DNA of 64,000 nt from Felis catus (lineage: Eukaryota): contig NC_058368.1 in NCBI RefSeq assembly GCF_018350175.1, forward strand, positions 34,908,001 to 34,972,000, read 5' to 3'. Shown one piece after another: positions 38,635 to 52,370 of the stretch (positions are counted from its first letter, which is position 1; every line of letters begins with the position of its first letter). Made by a program: the position numbers and the translations under genes. The notes beneath the pieces are model-generated. The model worked only from the letters and a program-made list of their open reading frames with translations, was not told where the DNA came from and searched no databases.

Positions 38635-41600
38635 ATGACTCTGTACCCATATCTTTCAATAACAACGAACGTAAATGGTCTAAATGCTCCAACCAAAAGA
38701 CATAGGGTATCAGAATGGATAAAAAAAACAAGACCCATCTATTTTCTGTCTACAAGAAACACATTTTAGACCTAAGGACACCTTCAAATCAAAAGTGAGG
38801 CAATGGAGAACTATCTATCATGCTACTGGAAGTCAAAAGAAAGCTGGAGTGGCCATACTTATATCAAACTAGACTTTAAATTAAAGGCTGTAACAAGAGA
38901 TGAAGAAGGGCATTATATAATAATTACAGGGTCTATCCATCAGGAAGAATTAACAATAATAAATGTCTATGCACAGAATACGGAAGCCCCCAATTATATA
39001 AAATAATTAATCACAAACATAAGCAACCTTATTGATAAGAATGCATAATTATAGGGGAGTTTAATACCCCACTTACAACAATGGATAGATCATCTAGACA
39101 CAGGATCAATAAAGAAACAGGGTCCCGAATGATACATTGGATCAGATGGACTTGACAGATATATTTAGAACTCTGCATCCCAAAGTAACAGAATATACTT
39201 GCTTCTCGAGTGCACATGGAACATTATCCAAGATAGATCACACACTGGGTCACAAAACAGCCCTTCATAAGCATACAAGAATTGAGATTATACTGTGCAC
39301 ACTTTCAGACCATAATGCTATGAAACTTGAAATCAACCACAGGAAAAAGTCAGGCAAACCTCAAAAAAATGGAGGTTAAAGAACACCCTACTAAAGAATG
39401 AATGGGTCAACCAGGCAATTAGAGAAGTAATTTAAAAATATATGGAAACAAATGAAAATGAAAATAAAACAATCCACACGCTTTGGGATGCAGCGAAGGC
39501 AGTTCTGAGAGGAAAATACATTGCAATCAGGCCTATCTCAAGAAACAAGAAAAATCCCAAATACAAAATCTAACAGCACACCTAAAGGAAACAGAAGCAG
39601 AACAGCAAAGACACCCCAAACCCAGCAGAAGAAAAGAAATAATAAAGATCAGATCAGAAATAAACAATATAGAATCTAAAAAAACTGGAGAGCAGATCAA
39701 TGAAAGAAAGAGTTGGTTTTTTGAAAGAATAAACAAAATTGACAAACCTCTAGCCAGGCTTCTCAAAAAGAAAAGGGAGATGACCCAAATAGAGAAAATA
39801 ATGAATGAAAATGGAATTATTACAACCAATCCCTCAGAAATACAAGCAATTATCAGGGAATACTATGAAAAATTATATGCCAACAAACTGGACAACCTGG
39901 AAGAAATGGACAAATTCCTAAACACCCACACGCTTCCAAAACTCAAACAGGAAGAAGTAGAAAACTTGAACAGACCTATAACCAGCAAAGAAATTGAATT
40001 AGTTATCAAAAATCTCCCAACAAATAAGGGTCCAGGACCAGATGGCTTCTCTGGGGAATTCTACCAGACATTGAAAGCAGAGATAATACTTATCCTTCTC
40101 AAGCTATTCCAAAAAATAGGGAAGGAAAACTTCCAGATTCATTCTATGAAGCCAGCATTCCTTTGATTCCCAAACCAGACAGAGACCCAGCAAAAAAAGG
40201 GAACTACAGGCCAATATCCCTGATGAATATGGATGCAAAAATTCTCAACAAGCTACTAGCAAATCAAACTCAACAGCATATAAAAAGAATTATTCACCAG
40301 GATCAAGAGGGATTCATTCCTGGGCTGCAGGGCTGGTTCAGCATTGGCAAATCAATCAATGTGATATACCACATTAATAAAAGAAAAGATAAGAACCATA
40401 TGATCCTGTCACGCGATGCAAGAAAAGCATTTGGCAAAATTCATCATCCTTTCTTAATAAAAACCCTTGAGAAAGTAGGGATAGAAGGAACATACATAAA
40501 CATCATAAAAGCCCTTTATGAAAAGCTCACAGCTAACATTATCCTCAATGGGGAAAAACTGAGGGCCTCTTCCCTGAGATCAGGAAGACGACAGGGATGT
40601 CCACTCTCACTGCTGTTAACATAGTGTTGGAAGTTCTAGCATCAGCAATCAGACAACAAAAGGAAGTCAAAGGCATCAAAATTGGAAAATATGAAGTTAA
40701 GCTTTCACTTTTTGCAGATGACATAATATTATACATGGAAAATCTGACAGACTCCACCAAAAGTCTGCTAGAACTGATACAGGAATTCAGCAAAGTTGCA
40801 GGATACAAAATCAATGTACAGAAATCAGTTGCATTCTTATACACTAATAATGAAGCAACAGAGAGACAAATAAACAAACAGTTGTGATCCCATTCAGAAG
40901 AATCATAAAATACCTAGGAATAAACCCAATCAAAGATGTAAAAGATCTGTATGCTGAAAACTATAGAAAGCTTATGAAGGAAATTGAAGAAGATACAAAG
41001 AAATGGAAAAACATTCCATGCTCATGGACTGAAAGAATAAATATTGTTAAAATGTCAATACTACCCAAAGAAATCTACACATTCAATGCAATCCCAATCA
41101 AAATTGCACCAGCATTCTTCTCGAAGCTAGAACAAGCAATCCTAAAATTTGTATGGAACCACAAAAGACCCTGAATAGCCAAAGCAATATTGAAGAAGAT
41201 GACCAAAGCGGGAAGCATCACAATCCCAGACTTTAGCCTCTACTACAAAGCTGCAATCATCAAGACAGTGTGTTATTGGCACAAAAACAGACACATAGAC
41301 CAATGCAATAGAATAGAGACTCCAGAATTGGACCCACAAAAGTATGGCCAACTAATCTTTGACAAAGCAGGAAAGAATATCCAATGGAAAAAAAAAAGTC
41401 TCTTTAACAAATAGTGCTGGGAGAACTGGACAGCAACATGCAGAAGAATGAAACTAGACCACTTTCTTACACCATTCACAAAAATAAACTCAAAATGGAT
41501 GAAGGACCTGAATGTGACACAGGAAGCCATCAAAACCCTAGATGAGAAGGCAGACAAAAACCTCTCTGACCTCAGCCGCAGCAATTTCTTACTTGACACA

Positions 41601-42430
41601 TCTCCAAAGGCAAGGGAATTAATATCAAAAATGAACTATTGGGACCTCATGAAGATAAAAAGCTTCTGCACTGCAAATGAAACAATCAACAAAACTAAAA
41701 GGCAACTGACGGAATGGGAAAAGATATTTGCAAATGACATATCAGACAAAGGGCTAGTATCCAAAATCTATCAAGAACTCATCAAACTTCACACCTGAAA
41801 AACAAATAATCCAGTGAAGAAATGGGCAGAAGACATGAATAGACATTTCTCTAAAGAAGATATCCAGATGGCCAGCAGGCACATGCAAAGATGCTCAATG
41901 TCACTCCTCATCAGGGAAATACAAATAAAAACCACACTGAGATATCACCTCATGCCTGTTAGAGTGGCTAAAATAAACAAATCAGGAACTATAGATGCTG
42001 GAGAGGATGTGGAGAAACGGGAACCATCTTGCACTATTGGTGGGAATGCAAACTGGTGCAGCCACTCTGGAAAACAGTGTGGAGGTTCGTCAAAAAATTA
42101 AAACTAGATCTACCCTATTACCCGGCAACAGCACTGCTAGGAGTTTACCCAAGGGATACAGGAGTGCTGATGCATAGGGGCACTTGTACCCCAATGTTTA
42201 TAGCAGCACTTTTAACAGTAGCCAAATTATGGATCACCTAAATGTCCATCAACTGATGAATGGATAAAGAAATTGTGGTTTATATACATAATGGAATACT
42301 ACATGGCAATGAGAAAGAATGAAATATGGCCATTTGTAGCAATGTGGATGGAACTGAAGAGTGTTATGCTAAGTGAAATAAGTCAAATAGAGAAAGATAC
42401 CATATGTTTTCACTCTTATGTGGATCCTGA
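38635..42430 (+). pseudogene. L1 ORF2p (endonuclease/reverse transcriptase), disrupted
   Basis: NVNGLNAPTKR and SDHNAMKLEI (endonuclease); [22 protein letters not shown] and LFADD (RT); C-terminal [18 protein letters not shown]; split over many frames by frameshifts and stops. Confidence 0.96.
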
Positions 42431-43307
42431 GAAACTTAACAGAAGACCATGGGGGAGGGGAAGGGGAAAAAATAAAAGCTAGAGAGGGTGGGAGGCAGAA
42501 TCTTAAAAACTGAGAATAAACTAAGGGTTGATGGGGGGTGGGAGGGAGGGGAAAGTCAGTGATGGGCATTGAGGAGGGCACCTGTTGGGATGAGCACTGG
42601 GTGTTGTATGGAAACCAATTTATCAATAAATTTCATATTAAAATAAATTAATTAACTTAATAAATAAATTTATGACTTTTCTTTCTTTGCCCACAGGAAG
42701 ACAGTAATAATTATCTCTAATTTCACTTATTTGAAAATATATTTCTTGCCATTTTTTTCTGAAGGACTATGAATATACCTGGCATATTCATTGTCACAAG
42801 GGCAACAAACTTCTATCAGTGTATGTTTTTTTTAATGTCACTATTTTCTCTGTCACCATTTTTCTCTCTGAATATTTGTGGATCCCAAAGAATCACATCT
42901 ATTACACTTGTATTGTATAGCGACCACCACAGATTTTTCCATCAGATCTAAATATAGAGCAGCACTAAATGTAGGAAGAGGAGAAGCTGAGAACAATATA
43001 AAATTCAATAAAGGGCTTTAATAATGAATGTCATTTATTGTAGAAGTCTTAACAGTACCCAATAAATGTGTTTACATGTAGAAAGTACTCACTAAAGATT
43101 GTTGAATGAGTGAATAAAGGATAATACATTCGATAGAAACTAATTAGACTGATTTTTTTGTGGCAAAACATAGATTGCAATATAGGTATATTGTATTTAA
43201 ATACTCATTTACCATGTGCTTTGATATATATTCTAGGGTAAAATCAGAATATATTAATCTTCAAATATCATGGAATTCAGGGTATCATAGATAAAATAGC
43301 CAATTTG

Positions 43308-43569
43308 TTTTATTTTTATTCTATTCTATTCTATTCTATTCTATTCTATTCTATTCTATTCTATTCTATTCTATTGTTTATTCAGTTTTGAGAGAGAGAT
43401 AGACAAAGCATGAGTGGGGGTGGAGCAGAGAGAGAGGAAGATACAGAATCTGCAGCAGGCTCTAGGCTCTGAGCTGTCAGCACAGAGCCTGACACAAGGC
43501 TCAAATTCACGAAACGTGAGATCAGACCCAAAGTCCTACACTTAACCAACTGAGTCACCCAGGCACCCC
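43308..43569 (-). mobile_element. CanSINE with (ATTCT)n in its tail
   Basis: Body and head; AATAGCCAATTT on both flanks. Confidence 0.95.
43318..43375. repeat. (ATTCT)n pentanucleotide, about 11 units
   Basis: Direct read. Confidence 0.97.
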
Positions 43570-43705
43570 ATAATAGCCAATTTTATTAATTTAAGAAAGA
43601 GGAGAAACTAAATTGTACTGGTGAAAGAACCACATAAGCCTGCTTTGTCAGGTGCACATTTCACTACTGGATGATTTGTCAAATATACATGTATATATGT
43701 AAAAT

Positions 43706-43936
43706 ATTTATTTATTTTTATTTTTTCAATATTTATTCATTTTTTGAGAGCCAGAGAGAGACATTGCATGAGTAGGGAAGGGGCAGAGAGAGAGAGGGAG
43801 ACACAGAATCCAAAGTAGGCTCCAGGCTCTGAGTTGTCAGCACAGAGCCCTATGTGGGGCTCAAACTCACGAACTGCGAGATCATAACCTGAGCCGAAGT
43901 CCGATGTTTAACGGATTGAACCACCCAGGCGCCCCA
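43706..43936 (-). mobile_element. CanSINE
   Basis: Full body ending CCCAGGCGCCCC. Confidence 0.95.
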
Positions 43937-44746
43937 GATATATTTTTCATCTAGTTCATAATAGGCATTGCAAAATACACACACATACACGTATACACAT
44001 GGTGAATGTCATAAAGGAGAACTGAAGCAGTAGTTTTGGTGTGTTTTGTTTTGCAAGTGCTTCTTTAGTAAAAAATATAAGCTTATTACGAATATAGCAA
44101 GTCTATTAAAACAGGAATTAGTGAGACTGGATCAAGAAGTAATGCTCAAAAAAAAAATAAACCTTAGAATTCTGTCTTGGCAAATAAATCAAAAAGGCTG
44201 AAATTTTAAAAAGGAGTTGCTGCTGAAAAGTGGACTGAAAATTCAGACAGATGAAAAGTTGTAAATCATCTATCACAGACTATCAGGGGAAAACTAGAGA
44301 AAAAAATAATATGTAGGGGCTTCTTCCAAATGGTCAATTACTTCTAAGATAATAAACTGGAAAGTGCAGTTCCATTGATAACTGAAAAAAAAAATCCCAA
44401 CAAAACTATATGAACTTGATTGGGCAAGGAAACACAGACATTATTTAAAAGACCATACTATAAGAAGTATATATTTTAAAATAAGAAGTATACTATAAGA
44501 AGTATATTTAAAAGACCATACTATAAGAAGTATATTCCTTTTACTCAATAAATGTCTGAGTAAAAGGAATTTCAATTTATAAAAAGAATAGCAATGCGGA
44601 TATTTTCTTTTTAAAAAACTTTTTTGTGCACACATTTATTTCCTGTTCTACTTATTTGTTTACTGTTTGTTCCTTTTTTTAATACAGAAATGGTGTTTAT
44701 TAAAATAAACTTTTTTATTTAAATAAATATATTTATTTTATACAGG

Positions 44747-44892
44747 ACCAACTTCAGCTCAGGTCATGATTTCACAGTTCCTGAGTTCGAGCCCCATGTC
44801 AGGTTCTGCGCTGACAGCTCGGAGCCTGGAGCTTGCTTCAGATTCTGTGTCTCCCTGTTTCTCCTCCCCTCCCTCACTTGCATGCACACGCG

Positions 44893-44933
<41 letters not shown>

Positions 44934-44950
44934 AAATAAACATTAAAACA
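44747..44950 (+). mobile_element. 5'-truncated CanSINE
   Basis: Starts at CCAACTTCAGCTCAGGTCATG; (CT)n and AATAAACATTAAAA tail. Confidence 0.92.
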
Positions 44951-45662
44951 ATTATAATAGTACTTATCTGATGTAAATATCTGTAAGAGATGGCACATTT
45001 TCAGTAAATGGCATAAAATCATTATATAAATCATCATATGATGGGAACACTGGTCCTCCCATAATTGAAGTAGAGAATGGAGACCCCTGATTTCTAGGCA
45101 GAGGCCATATGAATCAAGATGGTGATCACACATTTGCTGTTGCTAAACCAGTTGTCTGTCCTTCTAGGAAGAGGCTTGATAAAATTGTCCTAGAAGATAC
45201 TAGCTCCCTAATTGAAGGGAGAAAAACTGATGTCCCTATCAAAGCCATAGGAGATAATCTGGACCACATGATCCCCAAAGGTGTCCATCAATGCATGATT
45301 ACTTTTAGGACTAAATAAACTTCTTATGGAAACATTAGCATTAAGTCTTTTGATGTTGATGAAGACATGATTGAGAGAAATTCTAAGTTTTCAAAAGTCA
45401 CTACCACAAACAATATTTTATGTGGTCTTATGACAGCAACATTGACATGAATATATAAAATATCATATTCACTGGTGTAAATAATTAATATGTCCTTAGA
45501 AAGTAAAATTATGTCACTATAAATAAATTCATCTTAATTTTCTACAATTCAGTTGCATTTCTTCAGTGCTCACTAGGTACAACAACTCATGCAAGATAAT
45601 GTAGACCAAAGAGATGAAAACCATGAATCCAAGGTTAAAGGCAATTAAATTACATTTACACA

Positions 45663-45692
<30 letters not shown>
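45663..45692. repeat. (AAT)10 microsatellite
   Basis: Direct read. Confidence 0.95.
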
Positions 45693-45693
<1 letters not shown>

Positions 45694-48600
45694 TACAGTT
45701 CTAGTTGTGAGAGTCTTTGTTTATTCATCTTTAATTCAAACATTAAAACTAGAAACTTTCCAGGATTCTATATGAGTAAATACTAAAGTAAATATGAAGT
45801 AAACTTGGAAAAAAAAATTAGGGATGCAATCTTTTTCATACTTTTCCAGTCATTTAAATAATGTAATTTTGAATACAATTGCCAGATGATCTAATGATTT
45901 TTTAAAAATGGAACATTCACAAAATAGATTTAAAAGTTTTTGAGATTTTTTGATATGTTCCATAACAAGTCACACTTTAATTCTAATGTATGCATTCTAG
46001 AACAATGAGTATCATTGATTTATCTTTAGTGTCGATGAGACTTATTTCAATGACTGCATAATTTATGATATCAGGTATAACAAAATATTGCTAGGTTATG
46101 TTTCTACCTTACATTTAAAACAATGTACAAATGTCCAGTTTTTTTCCAAATAAGTGTTTTCATAAAATTACCCTTTGATTTATATTGGTTTTCAAAGGCT
46201 ATACAGATTACTCCTTTTCTTTTTTCTACTGAGTTTTTCCACTTATTCACCCCTTTTATCACTATTTGCTTCATTTTCTTATTGTCCAGGCACCATTTTT
46301 GCAATGCTACTGTCTTTGCTAAATTTAATTTTCACCTCACATAGGATTTTTTTTTTTTCACTTAATGTAACCAGAGCCTCTTGACACTTATCCTTTTTAT
46401 CAGAGTCCTTTCATTATTTGCTACAGGTAGGCTCTGCCATTCCCTTTTTCTCTTCCTCTCTACTGCTAATGGGAGAATAGTACCACATGTATTTATATGC
46501 CACCTTCCTGCTCCTTATAACATTCTGAAGAGCATCTAACACTCACTTGTAGTTGGAGAAAAGAGCTTGGACAAAGAAAGGGGAAAAGCCTACCGCTTCT
46601 GGCCTTAGCAGGATTGTAAAATCATTGCTAAAACGAGAAGCCAGCTGTTGCCATGGCATTTTGCCTAGCATAGTTGAATCAGGTCACTTCTTTCCTGAAT
46701 GGAGAATACTGGCATCTTATTACCACAGGTACAAGAGGTCACATAAGTCTCATGCACTAATAATGTCTGTGAACTACTTGAATGAAATCATGGTCACTCA
46801 CCAAGAATCGGACATCTGATTTCTGCTCTGCCTCTGTCAGTGAAAACCTGCATAAATCAGCACAATTAGTCTGATTCTGTTTTGTTTTAACCAATGGTAA
46901 TCAAGGTTAATGATAACCTATTTCAAATGGTTTTCAGGCACTTTATTTACCATTTAAACCTGAACCTTATGTTAGCAGTAGTATGCACTGAAAATTACAA
47001 TATTGAAGTTTGTTAGATAAGCCAAAAAAAAAATCCAAGAGACATTTAAAATTCTTGAGAATTTTCTAAATAATATTGTCATCAAGCTTTATAAAAGACA
47101 GATAGTCACTGAATTAAGTACAGCTCAAATTACTCGTGTAATTTATTTTTGTGATAAAAATGAACAAGTAAATTCTCAAGGTTATTAAGTGACATATGAT
47201 CTACTGCCAAAGAAATATTTAGGGGCTTATGAAGGTATCGATAATAATAAAGAGTTTTAGGTTTGAAAGATTATGTCACCATCTGGGCAATAAATACCAT
47301 GGGGAAATGAGACCTGCTTATTCACCATTACTTCTGAGCACTCAGAGGCACTTGAAATTTGATGGAAAGAAAAGGGCAAACATATTCTACTAAAGACACA
47401 GGGTTTTGTGCACATCCCCTGGAGAGCTAGCATCACTGCTCTTTACCTGGCTTAAATCTGATCTAATTGTGTTAAGGACAAAGAGAAATGACAGTTAATG
47501 GTGTTAGGTGCCAGTGTGTTTGGTATAGGGCAGAAAAGCTTAAGGAAATATAATATTGTTTTCTCCTCAGTAAAATGGTATCTGTTAAGCCTTAAAATAA
47601 ATTTTAACATACAGATACTTAATAGAAAAATACTGCTTACCATTAGTATTCATTAACCACATAGTATGTTTTATTTGTTCACTTAAGGTATATTTCAGAT
47701 GGCTGAGTACACTTATCTCACAGCTTTACATTCAAGTCATAAATGTGTGCAGTATGTTCTGTTAATTAAATTGACTAATACTATAAATTTCAGAATAAAT
47801 TATTTTATTTATGTCAATGTAGTTTTAAAGATTTATTCTGCTTCATCAAGAGATCTCTTTCTCCACTCATAAAACAGTTTATTTTCTTTGTCATTGGATA
47901 AATCATTTTGAAAATTCCCTACTTTTTTTCAAAATGGTTGCAGTTAGATAAGTTCAAGATGAATTAGATTTTTATTACACATCTAAGAGTAGGGAAATAA
48001 GGAGAATTCACTGAGAATGACTTTGAGAGATCACTTATTGGTGACTAAATGAACCTAAGAACAGAGGATCTTGATTTCTCCAGAAGAGTTACACCTAAAC
48101 TAGGCAAAATTTCATGCCTACAGAGCACTTAAGAGAACATTTCAGCTTCATTTCAGACAATTCTTAATGCACAGTGTGAACACTTATAATGTATAAGAAA
48201 TGAGTTTTCCTATAAAGTAGAGAACTGAGAACCATAATTAGACACAACTGACCAGGCCAGGAGAAGATCGATTCTCAACTCTTTCAGAGAGCTGCCTGTC
48301 CAAAATTCCTTTTTACAGTAACCAGTTGCAGTACAGGCACCCAGCAGCTTGTTCATTCCCCATAGAAGGCAACACTGCCCAAGATTCTCCAGGAAAAGTG
48401 AGATCCTAAGGAGAATTTCCATATTGGATTTCAACATAGCCTTAGGCTAACACCTCTCCTGCAGTGATAGGACATTCAAGTGGACCATCTCTTTTCCTTT
48501 CTTGCTGTTTTTGCTCTAAATAACTTTATATGTTATCCAATAAGGTCTTTCTATTACCCATTCTGTAAGAAATTGTAGAATTTGCCTGAAGCCATTTTTC

Positions 48601-49269
48601 ATAACCAGGGTAGACTCAGAAAGGACTCCCATGAATGATATGTGATAATTATAAAAGATCCACCCTACTTGACAGCAAGAAAATCAGGCAAAGACAAATC
48701 TACTTTTCTAATAATCCCTTTAGTTCATGCACCAAACCCCTCTATACTAAAGATAACAGGAATTTCTAACGATCTCTATCATTCCTCCTATGAGTTTTTG
48801 CTTTTAAGTTTATCTAAATAGTAGTAAATTTTATAAAATTTTTCTTTGATTTTTTTTTTCTTGAACGGAGAAATCCATTTCACCAAAGCTAAATGATCCT
48901 AAAAATTAAGGAGCAGTGTTGAAATATTCACATTCTGGAGAAAATGCTCCTCCTGGGGAAAAGTAAAATTTTTTGCAGTGCAATAAATGTAATGAGTAGG
49001 TAAAGTATCATATTTACAAATGTTAGCAGTTTACTATAACTGAGTAATCACTGAATGAAAAGCAGATTTCATTCTCAGTGAACATTAAGGATATGACCTG
49101 GAACTAATAAGCACAAGACAACATATACTTACTATCAGATTTCAAAGGTGTTGCTAGTGTCAAACTTTTTGTCTTCCCTTTGTTTTTTGTTAATCACCAA
49201 TCAATGCAAGTCTAAGGAAATTGCAAGTAGCATCCAGTGTGTTTTGTTTTTAACACATATCACAAATGT

Positions 49270-49398
49270 AACTTATTAATTTTGTGTAATTATTTGATGC
49301 CTGCCTTTTTGCCTTGTCTCTGTTCACTGCTAATTTCTCAATATCCAGTATAGCACCTGGCACATGGTGAGCACTCAGTAAATAATTATTGAATGAAT
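49270..49398 (+). mobile_element. L2 3' end
   Basis: TGTTCACTGCT...CCTGGCACATGGTGAGCACTCAGTAAATAATTATTGAATGAA. Confidence 0.75.
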
Positions 49399-49467
49399 TT
49401 TCTGCTTAGAAAATTCAGTATGATCAATACAATAAAGGAATGAACCAAGTTTATTGACTTACAATAA

Positions 49468-49682
49468 TTTAAAAAAAAATTAGTGTTTATTTATTTTTGA
49501 GACAGAGGGAGGTAGAGCATGAGTGGGGGAGGGGCAGAGAGAGGGAGACACAGAATCTGAAACAGGCTCCAGGCTCTGAGCTGTCAGCACAGAGCCCGAT
49601 GCAGGGCTCGAACACACAAACCATGAGATCATGGCCTGAGCCGAAGTTGGAGGCTTCACTGACTGAGCCATGCAGGTGCCCT
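49468..49682 (-). mobile_element. CanSINE
   Basis: Full body; CTTACAATA on both flanks. Confidence 0.95.
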
Positions 49683-50104
49683 AGCTTACAATAGTTTTTT
49701 TATTTTTAAATTTTTCATTTTACTTTCAATGAAGCCATTTCTCCAAATGGAAAAATGGACAATATGTCTTAAAAGAAATTTAAAATGTAAGTTTCTCTGT
49801 TCTTGGAATATGAAAATGCTTCATTTCACTGACCTTATTGTATTTTTAGCAGAGAGTACTGAAGCCTCATGAAAGTCAAGATTGTCTTTAGGTAGGATGG
49901 GGGACTATAAAAATGAAGTTAAGCTGTCTGCTGTAAACATTACTCAGTAACTATAAGAAAAAAAAAGCTCTCATTTTAATAGCTTATTCTCTAACCTGCA
50001 AAATACTGTATCTGTGCTCAAATCAAAATGTTGGAATCAAATATTCTAGCTTCAATACTACTTGTAACATTGTCATCTATCTGTAGTAATCCTTGAGTTT
50101 GATA

Positions 50105-50560
50105 CTAAAATAATAGAGACAAAACCAAGATTCCTTTTCTCAAGGTGTTCTTTTACTGTGTCTCACAAATACAGTTCAGAAACAAAGGAGTAGGGGACAT
50201 GTACTAACAAAGAGACTATTATAGAAGCTTACCAAACAGGAAACCAAGCCAACTTGAAGGTCTGATGGAAAGCCTCCTGAAACAGGTAATATTGGAGCTG
50301 AATACTTAAGGATTAGTAAGAAATATCCATGTGTAGGAGTGGAAATGTACTTCTAGAAAATGAATGCAAAACATTGAAATGTTTGATTAAATGCATTGTA
50401 TTTGCCTTTGAGTAACTGCAAAGTCATTCAGCATGGCCATAGTTAAGGTGCCTGTGAGGAAAGTAATAAAAGACAGGGCTGGAAATGTGGGCGAAAGTGA
50501 GCAGCAAAAGTCTTCCAATTAATTCAAGAATTGCAGAAATATTCCTAAGGCAATGGTGGT
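50105..50560 (-). mobile_element. L2 fragment
   Basis: GGAAAGCCTCCTGAAACAGGTAATATTGGAGCTGAATACTTAAGGATTAGTA matches the antisense L2 pattern. Confidence 0.6.
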
Positions 50561-50805
50561 TCAAAATTTGTACAGGCAAATACTTTAGGAGTGGCAAACT
50601 TGTTGGCTATCAAATATACAGGGTAGTACTGCTAATGTGTTTTTTTGGAAGATATTTACATATTAAAACCTCTATTTTTACTTAAAGTATTTTTTGCTAC
50701 ATTTAGAAGAATGCTTACTTGACCTGATACTGATACAGCCACTTCTTGCTTCTTATGATTAGTTTTTACATGGTATACCTTCTTCCATCATTTAACTTCT
50801 TTGTC

Positions 50806-50867
50806 TTTTTTTTTTTAGAGTTTACTTATTTATTTTTAGAGAGAGCAAGAGCAGGAGTAGGGGAGCA

Positions 50868-50906
<39 letters not shown>

Positions 50907-51029
50907 CCCAAGCAGGCTGTCAGCATGGAACCCATTGCAGGGCTCAAACCCAGAAATGACGAGATCATAACGTGAGTCAAAACTGAGAGCCAGATGCTCA
51001 ACCAACCAACAGAGCCCCCCAGGTGCCCC
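50806..51029 (-). mobile_element. CanSINE
   Basis: Tail, (GA)n, head CAGGTGCCCC. Confidence 0.92.

Positions 51030-51086
<57 letters not shown>
51030..51086. repeat. (TA)n(TG)n microsatellite, about 24 TG units
   Basis: Direct read. Confidence 0.96.
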
Positions 51087-51087
<1 letters not shown>

Positions 51088-51583
51088 TTATCACTGATTT
51101 CTAATGGACAAAATATGCATCACCATATTTTTTAATCCGATATGACAATCTTTCCCTTTTAATTGGAGAATTGAGACCACTTATAATTTCTGATATGACT
51201 AGGGTTTAATATACCATCATGTTAATGATTTTTTAATCTCAAATATTGTTTATTTTTTTCTGTCATATTTTATTATACAAAATTTTTTGTATCCCATTTT
51301 ATTACATATTGACTCATTAATTCACCTCTTTCTTTTGTCATTTTAGTAATTTCTCTAGAATTTAAAGCATATAACTTTATCACTTTCTAACTTCAGATAT
51401 TATTCTACTTTACATATCTATTATATATCATAAAAGAGTATGCTTCTGTTTCTCCTCTTTCTGCCCTTTCTGCCATTATTGTCATACATTTTTTCAATAT
51501 GTTATAAGCTGATATTACATCGTTATGTGTTTCATTAAAGTGCAAAATCTTTTATAGCAAATTTTAAAAATGAGAAAAATTAT

Positions 51584-51995
51584 GGTTGGGCATCTGACTT
51601 CAGCTCAGGTCATGATCTCATGGTTCATGGATTTAAGCCCTGCAGCGAGCTCTGTGCTGACAGTTCAGAGCCTGGAGCCTGCTTTGTATTCTCTGTCTCC
51701 CTCTCTCTCTGCCCCTAACCAGCTTGTGCTCAGTCTCTCTCTCTTTCTCTCAAAAAATAAACATTAAGGGGCGCCTGGGTGGCGCAGTCGGTTAAGCGTC
51801 CGACTTCAGCCAGGTCACGATCTCGCGCTTCATGAGTTTGAGCCCCGCGTCAGGCTCTGGGCTGATGGCTCAGAGCCTGGAGCCTGTTTCCGATTCTGTG
51901 TCTCCCTCTCTCTCTGCCCCTCCCCCGTTCATGCTCTGTCTCTCTCTGTCCCAAAAATAAATAAACGTTGAAAAAAAAAATAAAAATAAACATTA
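51584..51995 (+). mobile_element. 5'-truncated CanSINE whose tail is split by a younger SINE
   Basis: 18-bp TSD AAAAATGAGAAAAATTAT at 51566-51583 and 51996-52013. Confidence 0.93.
51768..51981 (+). mobile_element. Young felid CanSINE (SINEC_Fc-type) nested in a SINE tail
   Basis: 15-bp TSD AAAAATAAACATTAA at 51753-51767 and 51982-51996. Confidence 0.97.
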
Positions 51996-52161
51996 AAAAA
52001 TGAGAAAAATTATTTTGTTTACCCCAGTGTTTATATATCTGACTCTTATTTCATTGTCAAGCTCTTAGTTTTTATTAGTAATTGTTTTCTCTCAGCCTGA
52101 AGAAATCTGTCAACAGATTCAAGAATTGCCTGAAAAATGTGTTTATTTTGCCTTCACTTTT

Positions 52162-52370
52162 TTTTTTTAACGTTTATTTATTTTTGAGACAGAGAGAGAC
52201 AGAGCATGAACGGGGGAGGGTCAGAGAGAGGGAGACACAGAATCTGAAACAGGCTCCGGGCTCTGAGCTGTCAGCACAGGGGCCCGATGCGGGGCTCGAA
52301 CTCAGGGACCGTGAGATTGTGACCTGAGCCGAAGTCGGCGCTCAACCGACTGAGCCACCCAGGCGCCCCA
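52162..52370 (-). mobile_element. Fairly young CanSINE of a different subfamily
   Basis: CpG-rich; perfect 17-bp TSD ATTTTGCCTTCACTTTT at 52145-52161 and 52371-52387. Confidence 0.97.

Larger units (their letters stand above)
36697..42661 (+). mobile_element. Full-length, inactivated felid/carnivore LINE-1
   Basis: ~950-bp GC-rich 5' UTR, ORF1, ORF2, G-rich 3' UTR, AATAAA and A-rich tail; TSD AAATAA(C/A)TTTATGA at 36681-36694 and 42662-42675. Confidence 0.97.

Noticed and set aside
38224..38769. 181-aa ORF apparently fusing L1 ORF1 to the start of ORF2
   Set aside because: It results from a frameshift near the end of ORF1 in a decayed copy, with upstream ORF1 and downstream ORF2 both broken.
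39483..42101. Long RT and endonuclease ORFs as a possible active or novel retroelement system
   Set aside because: Standard LINE-1 ORF2 fragmented by frameshifts and stops, with no extra domains or cargo.
42676..42720. Plus-strand acceptor TTTCTTTCTTTGCCCACAG|G just after the L1 tail
   Set aside because: No convincing donor or recognisable coding sequence follows, and isolated acceptors are common.
44442..44535. Direct repeats with spacers as a CRISPR-like array
   Set aside because: Only two full units, the spacer is made of unit fragments, the context is eukaryotic and there are no cas genes.
49853..49891. Possible 39-nt plus-strand exon
   Set aside because: Stop codons in all three frames and only a moderate donor (TAG|GTAGGA).
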